A stretch of 64,000 nucleotides of DNA from a virus: the IMG/VR virus record IMGVR_UViG_3300027782_003601, positions 32,001 to 96,000 of that record; one strand, written 5' to 3'. A model generated the notes under the pieces. It was not told the DNA's origin, made no database searches, and worked only from the letters and a program-made list of their open reading frames with translations. Positions 27,311 to 36,716 of the stretch are shown here, in pieces; within the stretch, counting starts at the first letter, position 1; the number at the start of each line of letters is the position of its first letter. Both the position numbers and the translations under genes were made by a program.

Positions 27311-27351
27311 GTTTAATTTGTTAATTTGTAAAACTTTTCGTATCTTTGTAT

Positions 27352-27669
27352 ATGATTATAGTTCCACAAACACCCATAACAGAATCTAGCTTCCAAAAAT
27401 GGAAGTGTCATAGATTAGACGTAGAAGACGGATTAGATTCGTACCATTACTATGTAATTCCTTTAGTAGATATTGATGAAAAAGAATTGCCGGATATTGA
27501 AACAATACCTGCATTATTTAGTTCCGAATCGGATGCATTTTTAGATGATGATGGTAACCAATTATACACATTAAGATTATTTGATGATGACCTTCCTGAA
27601 TTAGAATTTGAAGAGGAAATAGAAATACTTTATAAAATTTTAACAAAAAAAGAAATATATTTAAAATAA
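27352..27669 (+). CDS. acidic hypothetical protein (possibly leaderless)
   Basis: TTTG(27317)-N20-TATCTTTG directly before ATG. Confidence 0.6.
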   Translation: MIIVPQTPITESSFQKWKCHRLDVEDGLDSYHYYVIPLVDIDEKELPDIETIPALFSSESDAFLDDDGNQLYTLRLFDDDLPELEFEEEIEILYKILTKKEIYLK

Positions 27670-27701
27670 TTTGGAAAAGTTAAAAATTTTTCGTATATTT
27701 G
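27670..27701 (+). promoter_or_regulatory. Bacteroidota-type promoter
   Basis: TTTG-N20-TATATTTG. Confidence 0.75.
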
Positions 27702-27747
27702 ATTTATCTTTTTTACTATACTTAAACTTTAAAGCAACAAAAGCAAC

Positions 27748-28392
27748 ATGAAAGAAAAAACAGAACAAGAATTAAAAGCAAATTACAACAGGTTCATTGA
27801 AATCCTTAAAAAGTATTTCACAGGAGAAAGATTAGAAAAATTGTTATTTATGTACTCAGAAGATGAGTTAGGATTAAATGTAACAGTATCACCAGCATCA
27901 GGTAATAAAAGTTATCATAACGCATATGATGGTGGTTATATAGACCACATCTTTAATGTTTGTAAGAATGCATTAAAAATGAAAAATTTATTTGAATCAA
28001 CAGGTGGTAAACCAGATTTTACTGATGAAGAATTATTATTTACAGCATTGCATCATGATTTAGGTAAATTAGGAATCAAAGGAGAATTGCATTATGTAGC
28101 TAATGATTCAGATTGGCATGTTAAAAATAGAGGTGAATACTATAAACGTAATGAAAGCATTCCATTTATGTCAATTACAGATAGAACATTTTTTACCTTA
28201 AATTATTATGGTATTCAGTATAATGAAAAAGAATACTTTGGTATAAAACTTACAGATGGATTATATGATGAAGATAATACTAAGTATTTAAAAGTATATG
28301 ATGCAAATAAAGCAGTTAAGTCCAACTTGCCTCATTTAATACATTGGGCTGACCATATGAGTACTGTAATTGAGTCACAAGATAACAATTAA
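27748..28392 (+). CDS. HD-domain phosphohydrolase
   Basis: HNAYDGGYIDH, ALHHDLGK, HWAD. Confidence 0.85.
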   Translation: MKEKTEQELKANYNRFIEILKKYFTGERLEKLLFMYSEDELGLNVTVSPASGNKSYHNAYDGGYIDHIFNVCKNALKMKNLFESTGGKPDFTDEELLFTALHHDLGKLGIKGELHYVANDSDWHVKNRGEYYKRNESIPFMSITDRTFFTLNYYGIQYNEKEYFGIKLTDGLYDEDNTKYLKVYDANKAVKSNLPHLIHWADHMSTVIESQDNN

Positions 28393-28407
28393 TAGGATAA
28401 AAAAGTA

Positions 28408-28468
28408 TGACATTTTTACATAAAGTATGACATTTTGTCATACTTTTTTGTTTTGGTGTAAAAATTGA
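28408..28468 (+). promoter_or_regulatory. TGACA-N3-TGTCA operator pair and possible sigma54-like site
   Basis: AAAGTATGACA-TTT-TGTCATACTTT palindrome, an imperfect copy 20 bp upstream, then TGGTGTAAAAATTGA. Confidence 0.6.
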
Positions 28469-28509
28469 AATACTATACTTAAATTTTAAACAATTAAACA
28501 ATTATTATT

Positions 28510-28902
28510 ATGAGCTTATTTAAAAACACAACTGGCTACAAATCAAATTTAGATGATTTATTTTTAGATTGGGATAATTTATACTCCCATGTTAAGCAAA
28601 ACTCAATTTCCAATTATACTACAAAAGAATTGGAAGATGGTAAAATTCAAGTAGATGTAAATGTATTGGGACACAACCCAAAAAATATCTTATTAGAAGT
28701 AACGGATGATAAGATTACAATCAAATCAACTAAGATAGAAGGAGAGTCTGATTTAATTAAAGATATTGATTTTAGTTTCAAATTAGGTAAAGATTACGAT
28801 GGTACTAAATCTGAAGCTCAATTCAATAATGGAGTACTTTCAATCACCATTGAAAAGAAGGATGAAAGAAAGGCAAAAAAATTATCTATTAACATTAGGT
28901 AA
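28510..28902 (+). CDS. small heat shock protein Hsp20
   Basis: Alpha-crystallin C-terminus AQFNNGVLSITIEK...KLSINIR. Confidence 0.85.
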   Translation: MSLFKNTTGYKSNLDDLFLDWDNLYSHVKQNSISNYTTKELEDGKIQVDVNVLGHNPKNILLEVTDDKITIKSTKIEGESDLIKDIDFSFKLGKDYDGTKSEAQFNNGVLSITIEKKDERKAKKLSINIR

Positions 28903-28927
28903 TATAAGTTATTTTTTGTATATTTAG

Positions 28928-28959
28928 AAGGTAGGAGCATATAGTTCCTACCTTTTTTT
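28928..28959 (+). terminator. intrinsic terminator
   Basis: AAGGTAGGAGC-atata-GTTCCTACCTT followed by T run. Confidence 0.8.
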
Positions 28960-28979
28960 ATAAATAAATATTTATTACT

Positions 28980-29165
28980 ATGAGTATGATGTACAAAAGT
29001 CAAATCCAAAACCTATTGGTTGTGTTGGATGGTAAATTAAGAATTTTGGAGGGAGCAGCATCGGGTGCTATGAAACTTGCTCCTAACGATGTTATTCAAT
29101 TAGTTCAAGATATTAGAAAAGTTTCTGATAGAATAGCTGAATTAATAAACATTGAAAGAGATTAA
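28980..29165 (+). CDS. small helical hypothetical protein
   Basis: ORF. Confidence 0.6.
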   Translation: MSMMYKSQIQNLLVVLDGKLRILEGAASGAMKLAPNDVIQLVQDIRKVSDRIAELINIERD

Positions 29166-30275
29166 ATGAACTGGCTTAAATATTTAGTAGGTATATCAGC
29201 GGTATTGGTTGCAGGATGTGCAGCTTATTTCTCCGTAACTGGATTGGGTGTTCTATTTAGTGGAGCATCAACGGCAGTAATGGTAATGGCAGGTTCTTTG
29301 GAATTTGCTAAATTAGTAACTGCTACTTATTTAAAACAAGTATGGGATGACATTAAGGGTTTCAATAAGGTATATTTAACAATATCTGTTGCAATTCTTA
29401 TGTTAATCACATCAGCAGGTATTTTTGGATACCTTTCAAACGCATTTCAAGCACAATCTTTAGAATTACAACGGGTAGATAGGGAAATCGCTGTTCATCA
29501 AACTAAAATTGACCAAAATACTGCTCAAATTGAGCAACTTTCTACTCAAATTACAGAATTTAACACCAATCAAGGTAAATTATTGAATGGTGGTTCAGTT
29601 AATAGGAGATTAATTAACTCTATTGATAACAGAGATAAACAAATTTCTAAAATTAACGATAAAATTTCAGATTTACAGATTCAAAATGGTCAAGAAACTG
29701 AAAAAATTAACCAAATTAAAATTTCTAACTTAAATTTAGAAAAAGAAGTAGGTGGGTTTAGGTTTGTTGCCGATGCATTTGGTGTAGAATTGAAAAATGT
29801 TGTAAAATTCTTTATTTTTATCATTGTTATAGTGTTTGACCCTCTCGCAGTTGCCCTAATTATCGCATTTAATGGGTTAATTGATGATAAAAAGAAAAAA
29901 CAAAAAGAAATTTTAACCGAAATGATGGAAAATGACCAAAAATTAGGATTATATGAGGTATATGGTGATACTAAAGAAGATATAGTGGAAAATAATTTAC
30001 AAAATGAGGTAAATAGTGGAAAAAAATTACCAAATGAAGAAGAAAGCGAAGTCATAATGGAAAATATTCGTATTCCAATAGATTCCGATGGTGATGGTGT
30101 AATTGATGGGTGGGATACCGATGGTGATGGGTTAATAAATGAATGGAAAGAAATTGGTCCAAGAAATGGTATGCAACCATATTATGCAAAACCTGATTTT
30201 GATTGGAATAATAAAAATGCTTGGATAAATGACCAAAATGCAGTTAATTTTTGGTTAAAATACAAAAAATCATAA
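29166..30275 (+). CDS. membrane protein with coiled coil and DxDxDG-like loops
   Basis: AAYFSVTGL, LEFAKLV, TSAGIFGYLS, VFDPLAV; DSDGDG/DTDGDG. Confidence 0.7.
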   Translation: MNWLKYLVGISAVLVAGCAAYFSVTGLGVLFSGASTAVMVMAGSLEFAKLVTATYLKQVWDDIKGFNKVYLTISVAILMLITSAGIFGYLSNAFQAQSLELQRVDREIAVHQTKIDQNTAQIEQLSTQITEFNTNQGKLLNGGSVNRRLINSIDNRDKQISKINDKISDLQIQNGQETEKINQIKISNLNLEKEVGGFRFVADAFGVELKNVVKFFIFIIVIVFDPLAVALIIAFNGLIDDKKKKQKEILTEMMENDQKLGLYEVYGDTKEDIVENNLQNEVNSGKKLPNEEESEVIMENIRIPIDSDGDGVIDGWDTDGDGLINEWKEIGPRNGMQPYYAKPDFDWNNKNAWINDQNAVNFWLKYKKS

Positions 30276-30316
30276 CAAAGCTTGTTTTTATGAAATAAAT
30301 GTTGTATATTTATACT

Positions 30317-31222
30317 ATGAATATAGGATATGCATGTATTAATATGACGATGGGTAAAAAAGTTACCACAAATCGTTCAATGGTGAAAAAAACGTTCAAT
30401 GCCAAAGGCTTGGATTATGTTTCGGAGTTGGCATTAGCAAATGCTAAAGATATTATCAAAATTTTAGAATGGAATAGACAACATAAGATTCATTTCTTTC
30501 GTCTATCTTCTGCAATTATTCCGTGGGGTGATAATTTAGACTTAACTCAATTAAAAGATTATAAAGAGATTAAGAATGAATTAAAGAAAGCAGGTGATTA
30601 CGCTAAACTTCATAACATCCGTATAACATCACACCCAGGTCCATTTAATGTATTGGTTTCTCCAAATGAGAAAGTAATTTTGGCTACAATAGCAGATTTA
30701 GAATTACATGGTAAAATCTTTGATATGATGGGGTTAGAATTATCGCCTTATAATAAGATTAATATTCATTGTAATGGCGTTTACGGAGATAAAAAATCTG
30801 CAATGGATAGATTCATCAAAAACTTTCAAAGACTCTCTAAATCGGTACAAAAACGACTTACAATTGAGAATGATGATAAAGCATCTATGTATTCAGTTAA
30901 AGATTTAATGTATATACATAAAGCAATCAAAATACCGATTGTATTTGATTATCATCATCATACATTTTGTACAGGTGATTTATCAGAAGAAGATGCACTT
31001 AAACTAGCAGCTACAACTTGGCCCAAAGGTATTACGCCAGTTGTACATTATTCCGAATCAAAGGCATTGCATGAAAATAATCCAAAAGAAAAACCACAAT
31101 CCCATTCATTATATATCAATACTCTACCTAATACATACGAATTGGTTGTGGACATTATGTTGGAATGCAAAGCTAAAGAGCTTGCTTTATTAGATATAAA
31201 AAAAAAATATAAAATAGATTGA
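30317..31222 (+). CDS. uvsE: UV damage endonuclease
   Basis: IGYACIN, FRLSS, HPGPF, ENDD, FDYHHH, HYSES, MLECKAKELA. Confidence 0.93.
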   Translation: MNIGYACINMTMGKKVTTNRSMVKKTFNAKGLDYVSELALANAKDIIKILEWNRQHKIHFFRLSSAIIPWGDNLDLTQLKDYKEIKNELKKAGDYAKLHNIRITSHPGPFNVLVSPNEKVILATIADLELHGKIFDMMGLELSPYNKINIHCNGVYGDKKSAMDRFIKNFQRLSKSVQKRLTIENDDKASMYSVKDLMYIHKAIKIPIVFDYHHHTFCTGDLSEEDALKLAATTWPKGITPVVHYSESKALHENNPKEKPQSHSLYINTLPNTYELVVDIMLECKAKELALLDIKKKYKID

Positions 31223-31237
31223 ACCAAAAACAAATAA

Positions 31238-31885
31238 ATGAAATTAATTACAGATAAAAACACAAATGGTTTAACATCCAAAGAATTTACAGAATTCTTA
31301 AAAACTCCTACATTATATTCTACTTTTACAAAAGAAGAAGCAGATGAATTAGAACAAACACTTAAAAAAGGATTGGAAACATATCCAGGTTTAGGTATTT
31401 CGGCAACTCAATTAGGAATTAAAAAAAGAGCATGTTATATTAAGTTTGGTGATGATGAAAATGGTGTAGAATTATTTTTATTAAATCCAATTATTAAAGA
31501 ACGTAGCAAAGATGGATTTTTATTTTACGAAGGATGCTTATCTATTCCAAAAACAATAACTACTCCATTAAAAACTATTCGTGCTACTAAAGTTGTTGTT
31601 TCAACGGATAATTTAGGTGAATTAACATTTGAAATTAATCCAGATGGGGATAAAGCAAATGAAAAAGTTTCACAAGAAACAATGATGACAGTTATTGTTC
31701 AGCATGAGATTGACCACTTAGATGGGTTTACTATTAAAGATAGAGTTTATTCAACTACCCGTTCTGTTAAAAATAATTATGGGAGAAACGATTTAGTTGT
31801 AATGAAATCACCGGATGGTGAAATGATTGAAGTTAAATATAAGAAAGCAAATCAGTTTTTCTTAAAAGGATATGAAGTAGTTTAA
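31238..31885 (+). CDS. def: peptide deformylase with C-terminal extension
   Basis: GLGISATQLG, EGCLS, QHEIDHLDG. Confidence 0.93.
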   Translation: MKLITDKNTNGLTSKEFTEFLKTPTLYSTFTKEEADELEQTLKKGLETYPGLGISATQLGIKKRACYIKFGDDENGVELFLLNPIIKERSKDGFLFYEGCLSIPKTITTPLKTIRATKVVVSTDNLGELTFEINPDGDKANEKVSQETMMTVIVQHEIDHLDGFTIKDRVYSTTRSVKNNYGRNDLVVMKSPDGEMIEVKYKKANQFFLKGYEVV

Positions 31886-31886
31886 T

Positions 31887-32138
31887 ATGATATTTTTATA
31901 CATAACAATTGCAATTTTATTAGCATTATCCATAATATTGGGTTATGTTATTATTATAAATTTACGAAAGTTGGAAAGTTACGAAGATTTCATTGAAAAA
32001 GAAATCGGCAGAAACGAAGCATTACTGGAGGCATTAAGACAAATAGATGAACGTCAAATGTTTGAGAAGGATGATGATGTAGGTTCAATATTTTACCAAA
32101 TAAAAGAAACCATCGAGAGATTCAAACAATTTAATTAA
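31887..32138 (+). CDS. membrane-anchored hypothetical protein
   Basis: N-terminal TM segment; FEKDDDVGSIF. Confidence 0.65.
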   Translation: MIFLYITIAILLALSIILGYVIIINLRKLESYEDFIEKEIGRNEALLEALRQIDERQMFEKDDDVGSIFYQIKETIERFKQFN

Positions 32139-32139
32139 A

Positions 32140-32829
32140 ATGCCAAGAAAACCCAAAAGTAAACAATATTTTACAAAAGATACAGAAGATGCTATTATAG
32201 AGTATAACTCAACCGATGACCAAAGAGTTAAAGATAAAGTTTATAAAGATAGAATAAAACCTGCATTTGATAAACTTGCAGAAATAGTTTATAACAAATG
32301 GAAATTCAGTTATTTTGATGATGACCCTAGAGATGTAATGTCTGAAGTTGTTACATTTATGATTGAAAAGATTCATATGTACAAAGAAGGTAAAGGTAAA
32401 GCATTCTCTTATTTTACTATTGTTGCCAGAAACTATTTGATTTTAAATAACAACGCAAATTACAAACGATATAAAGATACTGATATTATATCAAACTTAC
32501 CCGAACATTGGGATACTGAAAACAATTGGGAAGAAGAAACTATAAATGATGAATTTCGTACATTTAATAAAAGAATGTTGGCATATTGGGATATTCATTT
32601 AGAAAATCATTTCCCAAAGAAAAGAGATATGCAAATCGCAGATGCAGTTTTAGAATTATTCAGAAGAGCAGAATACATAGAAAGTTTCAATAAAAAATCT
32701 TTATATCTACTTATTAGAGAGATGACTGGACATCCAACTCATTATATAACTAAGATTGTCAATAAAATGAAAGACAAGCAAATGGAGTTATATAGTGAAT
32801 TTGATAGAACAGGAGACTTGACTATGTAA
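32140..32829 (+). CDS. phage sigma factor, T4 gp55-like
   Basis: YFTKDTEDAIIEY...KLAE...IHMYKEGKGKAFSYFTIVARNYLI (sigma2-like). Confidence 0.7.
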   Translation: MPRKPKSKQYFTKDTEDAIIEYNSTDDQRVKDKVYKDRIKPAFDKLAEIVYNKWKFSYFDDDPRDVMSEVVTFMIEKIHMYKEGKGKAFSYFTIVARNYLILNNNANYKRYKDTDIISNLPEHWDTENNWEEETINDEFRTFNKRMLAYWDIHLENHFPKKRDMQIADAVLELFRRAEYIESFNKKSLYLLIREMTGHPTHYITKIVNKMKDKQMELYSEFDRTGDLTM

Positions 32830-32853
32830 ATAATTATTAATAAAGAATAAAAT

Positions 32854-33258
32854 ATGGCATCTGAATTTCAGTTATTTGATGGTAAAAACTTATCATCACT
32901 ATTTAAAGATATTTACGATAATCAACAAGTAAAAAAGAAGAATATATCAGATATGATTGAATCTCTTCGTAAGCTGATTCGTAATGTAGGTGAAGCAACA
33001 GTACTTGCACCTATTATTAGAGATTTAATTGATTCATCTATTAAAAACGATGACCACTTAATTAAATTGGCAACAATTGCTCAAAGATTAGCTGCTGCTG
33101 AAGCAAAGGGTATTGGTGAAGACGGTTGGTTGAGTGAGCAAGAAAAAGCACAACTATTAACGGAATTGGAAGATACTGTTAATGAGATTGATAAAAAGAA
33201 TGATGAAAAGTTATTGGATATTCAGGTTGAAATAGAAGATATAAAAACTAAATTATAA
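32854..33258 (+). CDS. conserved helical hypothetical protein
   Basis: KNDDHLIKLATIAQR. Confidence 0.65.
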   Translation: MASEFQLFDGKNLSSLFKDIYDNQQVKKKNISDMIESLRKLIRNVGEATVLAPIIRDLIDSSIKNDDHLIKLATIAQRLAAAEAKGIGEDGWLSEQEKAQLLTELEDTVNEIDKKNDEKLLDIQVEIEDIKTKL

Positions 33259-34457
33259 TGGAAACATTTTTAGCAACGGTAGATAACGTTTATCCAACAA
33301 ATACCAATTTTTTAAAAAAAGAAGGTAAAGATACAATTTCAATATATACCAATTCACCATCATTCTCCGATACAGATGCAAGTTTGTATGGTGCAATAAC
33401 TTATAGATTTGAAGATAGTAATGCTAAAGATGATATTGCAAAACCATTTGATAAAAATAATTTTACATTTCCAATTAAAGGAGAAACTGTTGTAATATTA
33501 AAAATGTTTGGAACAAATTCTCAAACATTTTGGATGCCATATACTAACACACCTTACCCAAATTATAGAAAAGATTACATAACAGATAAAAATACTAAAA
33601 AAGATAAATCTGAAAATAGTGGTGCAAAACTTGAACCTACAAAAATAAATGCAGCAGGTGGAACTATTAAAACAAATATTACTAAAGAAGATGATATTGG
33701 TTATAAAGTAAATGATAAAATTAAATTTATAAAACCAAAAGAAGGCGATACCATTTTAAGTGGTAGAGTTGGTAATACGATTCGTTTATCGGAATTCTTT
33801 TTATCTTCCGATGGTAAATCTTACCCAGGTATATACATTCGTAACAAACAAAATGCAGAATTAGATTCCAATCCAATCGGTCAAATGATTGATGAAGATA
33901 TAAACAAAGATGGAACATCTGTTTATTTTGTATCAGGTAAAACCAAAGTTCCATTTAAAGAAACAATATCTAAAACCAAAATAGGATTTAAAGAATACCC
34001 ATCCGATTTTAGTGGAGAACAATTATTTATAAATTCGGATAGAATAATATTATCTGCAAAAGCAAATGAGTTTATTATATATGGAAAAGGAAATACTGGT
34101 GTAATTACAGATGGTAATTATTCTATAGATGCGGGTAAAGATGTTTATGTTAATTCTGATAAGAATATAACAATACATTCTAATGGTGCAAACCAAATAT
34201 TTTTAAATTCTGAAAATGGTAAGATATATTTAGGTAAAAATCAAGGAGAAGGTGATTTTAAAGCAGATGTTCAAAATATGGTATTAGGTGGTGTATTGGT
34301 TCAAATAATGAGTGAATTAATTGATTTGATAACCGAATCGGTATATGCATCTTCTTTTGGACCAACTTTTCCTGGTCCGGAAAATATTTCATCATTTTTT
34401 GCACTAAAAGATAAATTAAAAACCCTATTATCATCTACAAACTTTTTGAGTAAATAA
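33258..34457 (+). CDS. baseplate hub/spike (gp5-like)
   Basis: FPIKGETVVI, EGDTILSGRVGNTIRL, INSDRIILSA and beta-repeat C-terminus; baseplate context. Confidence 0.6.
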   Translation: METFLATVDNVYPTNTNFLKKEGKDTISIYTNSPSFSDTDASLYGAITYRFEDSNAKDDIAKPFDKNNFTFPIKGETVVILKMFGTNSQTFWMPYTNTPYPNYRKDYITDKNTKKDKSENSGAKLEPTKINAAGGTIKTNITKEDDIGYKVNDKIKFIKPKEGDTILSGRVGNTIRLSEFFLSSDGKSYPGIYIRNKQNAELDSNPIGQMIDEDINKDGTSVYFVSGKTKVPFKETISKTKIGFKEYPSDFSGEQLFINSDRIILSAKANEFIIYGKGNTGVITDGNYSIDAGKDVYVNSDKNITIHSNGANQIFLNSENGKIYLGKNQGEGDFKADVQNMVLGGVLVQIMSELIDLITESVYASSFGPTFPGPENISSFFALKDKLKTLLSSTNFLSK

Positions 34458-34458
34458 A

Positions 34459-35688
34459 ATGTCTTGGACGATATACAAAACTAATGTATTAACATCAGCA
34501 GTAACATTTAGGTTTAAAAATGACTCAGATGGAGCTGCTTCTTTTATTGCAAATGAATACGATGAGTGTATAAAGCGAGGTGGTGATATGATATATGGAG
34601 TTCCTATTATCAATGGTAATGTTATAGGAATGACAAATGTTATAAAAGCAGCTTTCAAAAAAGGCAGAGAAAGTGGTGGTGAAAATTTTAATTTATTAGC
34701 AGAAATATATCCATCCGCATTTGATGCATATTGGTTAGGTGCTGAAATGGCTCCGTTTCCAAATCCGTTAATAAGACCATTGGGTTGGCAATCAACTCCA
34801 CCTGCTCCAGGTACACTTATGAATATTGGACCAGACCCAATATCGTTAGCAAAATCCGTTGCTATAAATAAAGCATTAAAAGAAGCTACACAATCATTAG
34901 TTGATGAATTAAAAAAACAAACAATTGAAATTGGTGGTATTAGTATAAATGTATACGATACAATTATTAAAGTTTTAAATAAAGAAGTTGTTGCAAATGA
35001 AATTAAAAATCATCCTGCAATTATAGCAGGAAAAGAAATAGTTCAAAAATATAACGAAATTAAAAACAAAAAACCTTCAATTGGTTCTCAATTTAAACCA
35101 TCTATTAAATTTCCATTTCCAGAATTACCAAAAAGAAAAGATTTAATTGAAAAATCTAAAAAAAAATTATTGGATGAAGCGGCTGATGAAATTAAAAAAG
35201 GATTAATATTAGCAGTTGAAGAACAAATATTACAAAAAATAATATTACCTATACAATCATCAATAGAATTATCAAAATCAATTCCATCACCAAAGCCTAC
35301 AAAAGAACAAATTAAAAAATCTATAATGGATGCTATAAACGGATTAAAACCTGAAATAGATTTATCTACATTTAATATTCCAAAACTACCGACTAAAGAA
35401 GAATTAAAAAAACAAATAGAAGATGAGTTACCAACAAAAGAAAAATTGATGGCTATAGCATTTGATACGATTAAAGATAAAATTCCAAAAATACCAAATA
35501 TATGGTTTGTTCCACCATCATTTAAATTTAATCCGGCATTTATGATATTTTTAGACCCATTTGTTAATTTGGCAAAGTTGCATTTAATGGGAACGGGTGG
35601 AACTATGATGGTTATGGCTCAATATCCACCACCTGCACCACCTGCTCCTGCTATATTATTATGGTCTGGATATAATGTCATTGGATAA
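34459..35688 (+). CDS. putative baseplate-associated protein
   Basis: Context; internal PTKE(Q/E) repeats; Pro-rich ends. Confidence 0.55.
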   Translation: MSWTIYKTNVLTSAVTFRFKNDSDGAASFIANEYDECIKRGGDMIYGVPIINGNVIGMTNVIKAAFKKGRESGGENFNLLAEIYPSAFDAYWLGAEMAPFPNPLIRPLGWQSTPPAPGTLMNIGPDPISLAKSVAINKALKEATQSLVDELKKQTIEIGGISINVYDTIIKVLNKEVVANEIKNHPAIIAGKEIVQKYNEIKNKKPSIGSQFKPSIKFPFPELPKRKDLIEKSKKKLLDEAADEIKKGLILAVEEQILQKIILPIQSSIELSKSIPSPKPTKEQIKKSIMDAINGLKPEIDLSTFNIPKLPTKEELKKQIEDELPTKEKLMAIAFDTIKDKIPKIPNIWFVPPSFKFNPAFMIFLDPFVNLAKLHLMGTGGTMMVMAQYPPPAPPAPAILLWSGYNVIG

Positions 35689-35731
35689 TTTAAACTTATT
35701 ATATTTATTAACATAACGAACATATTTTATT

Positions 35732-36277
35732 ATGAAATCAGACATTTTATTATCACTTATTAAAGAAGTGGTTAGGAATGAAGTTAAAACACAGGTTAGA
35801 CAGCAAGTTATTTCTGAAATAACAAAGCTTGTTAAATCCGGTACAGTTAAATTAAATTCAAACAGAAAACCACAAGCTCCTACATTAAAGGAGGCTATTA
35901 AATCGGTAGACCCGTTTACGGAAGCCACACGTGTTTTGCAAAAAAGTAGAACATCTACATTACAACCTCAAAAAACTCAACAACCTAAAAGGGAATTTTC
36001 AAAAGACCCTATGATTAATGAGATTCTTAATATGACAACTCCATTTTCAGCCGAGCAAAGAGCAGAGGGAGGAATGGGTAGTGGGGCAAGTGTATTAGAT
36101 ATGCTACAACCACAAATGAGTGTTGAAGAAGATGGTTGGGAAACTATGGATTATAGAGAATCCGGTGTCCCACAATCCATACCACAACAATTAGAATCAA
36201 CAGGAGATGCATTACAAGATGCAACTATGAAAGCATTAACAAGAGATTATTCAGAATTGGTAAAAAGATTTAAATAA
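35732..36277 (+). CDS. hypothetical (virion-cluster) protein
   Basis: IKEVVRNEVK...ALTRDYSELVK. Confidence 0.6.
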   Translation: MKSDILLSLIKEVVRNEVKTQVRQQVISEITKLVKSGTVKLNSNRKPQAPTLKEAIKSVDPFTEATRVLQKSRTSTLQPQKTQQPKREFSKDPMINEILNMTTPFSAEQRAEGGMGSGASVLDMLQPQMSVEEDGWETMDYRESGVPQSIPQQLESTGDALQDATMKALTRDYSELVKRFK

Positions 36278-36714
36278 TGGCAATAGAGTTAGGTAAAGTA
36301 AATGTAGTAGATTTAACTGAAAATGATTATAAAATAATAGGAATTGGAATAAACAAAACATCCAATTCAAATGGAATATTTCCCGTTAATTATACAACTT
36401 TATCTCAGGCAAAAGATAATTTAAAAAATTTAATTCTTACACATAAAGGTGAAAGAATTATGAATACAGAATTTGGTTGCGATATTTGGAAATTATTATT
36501 TGAACCAATTATTGAAGGGGAAATAGATAAAAGAATAGAAAATACAATAGTTGATGCAGTATCTATTTGGTTACCATATTTAAATATAGATGAAATAATA
36601 TTTGATTACAATAACAATGATATAGATAACCATACCATTGGATTGGATATTAAATTTTCATTAGTATCAAATCCAAATTTAAGTGATTCAGTACAAATAA
36701 ATGTAAATAATTAA
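36277..36714 (+). CDS. baseplate wedge gp25-like
   Basis: NLKNLILTHKGERIMNTEFGCDIWKLLFEP...WLPY. Confidence 0.9.
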   Translation: MAIELGKVNVVDLTENDYKIIGIGINKTSNSNGIFPVNYTTLSQAKDNLKNLILTHKGERIMNTEFGCDIWKLLFEPIIEGEIDKRIENTIVDAVSIWLPYLNIDEIIFDYNNNDIDNHTIGLDIKFSLVSNPNLSDSVQINVNN

Positions 36715-36716
36715 TA

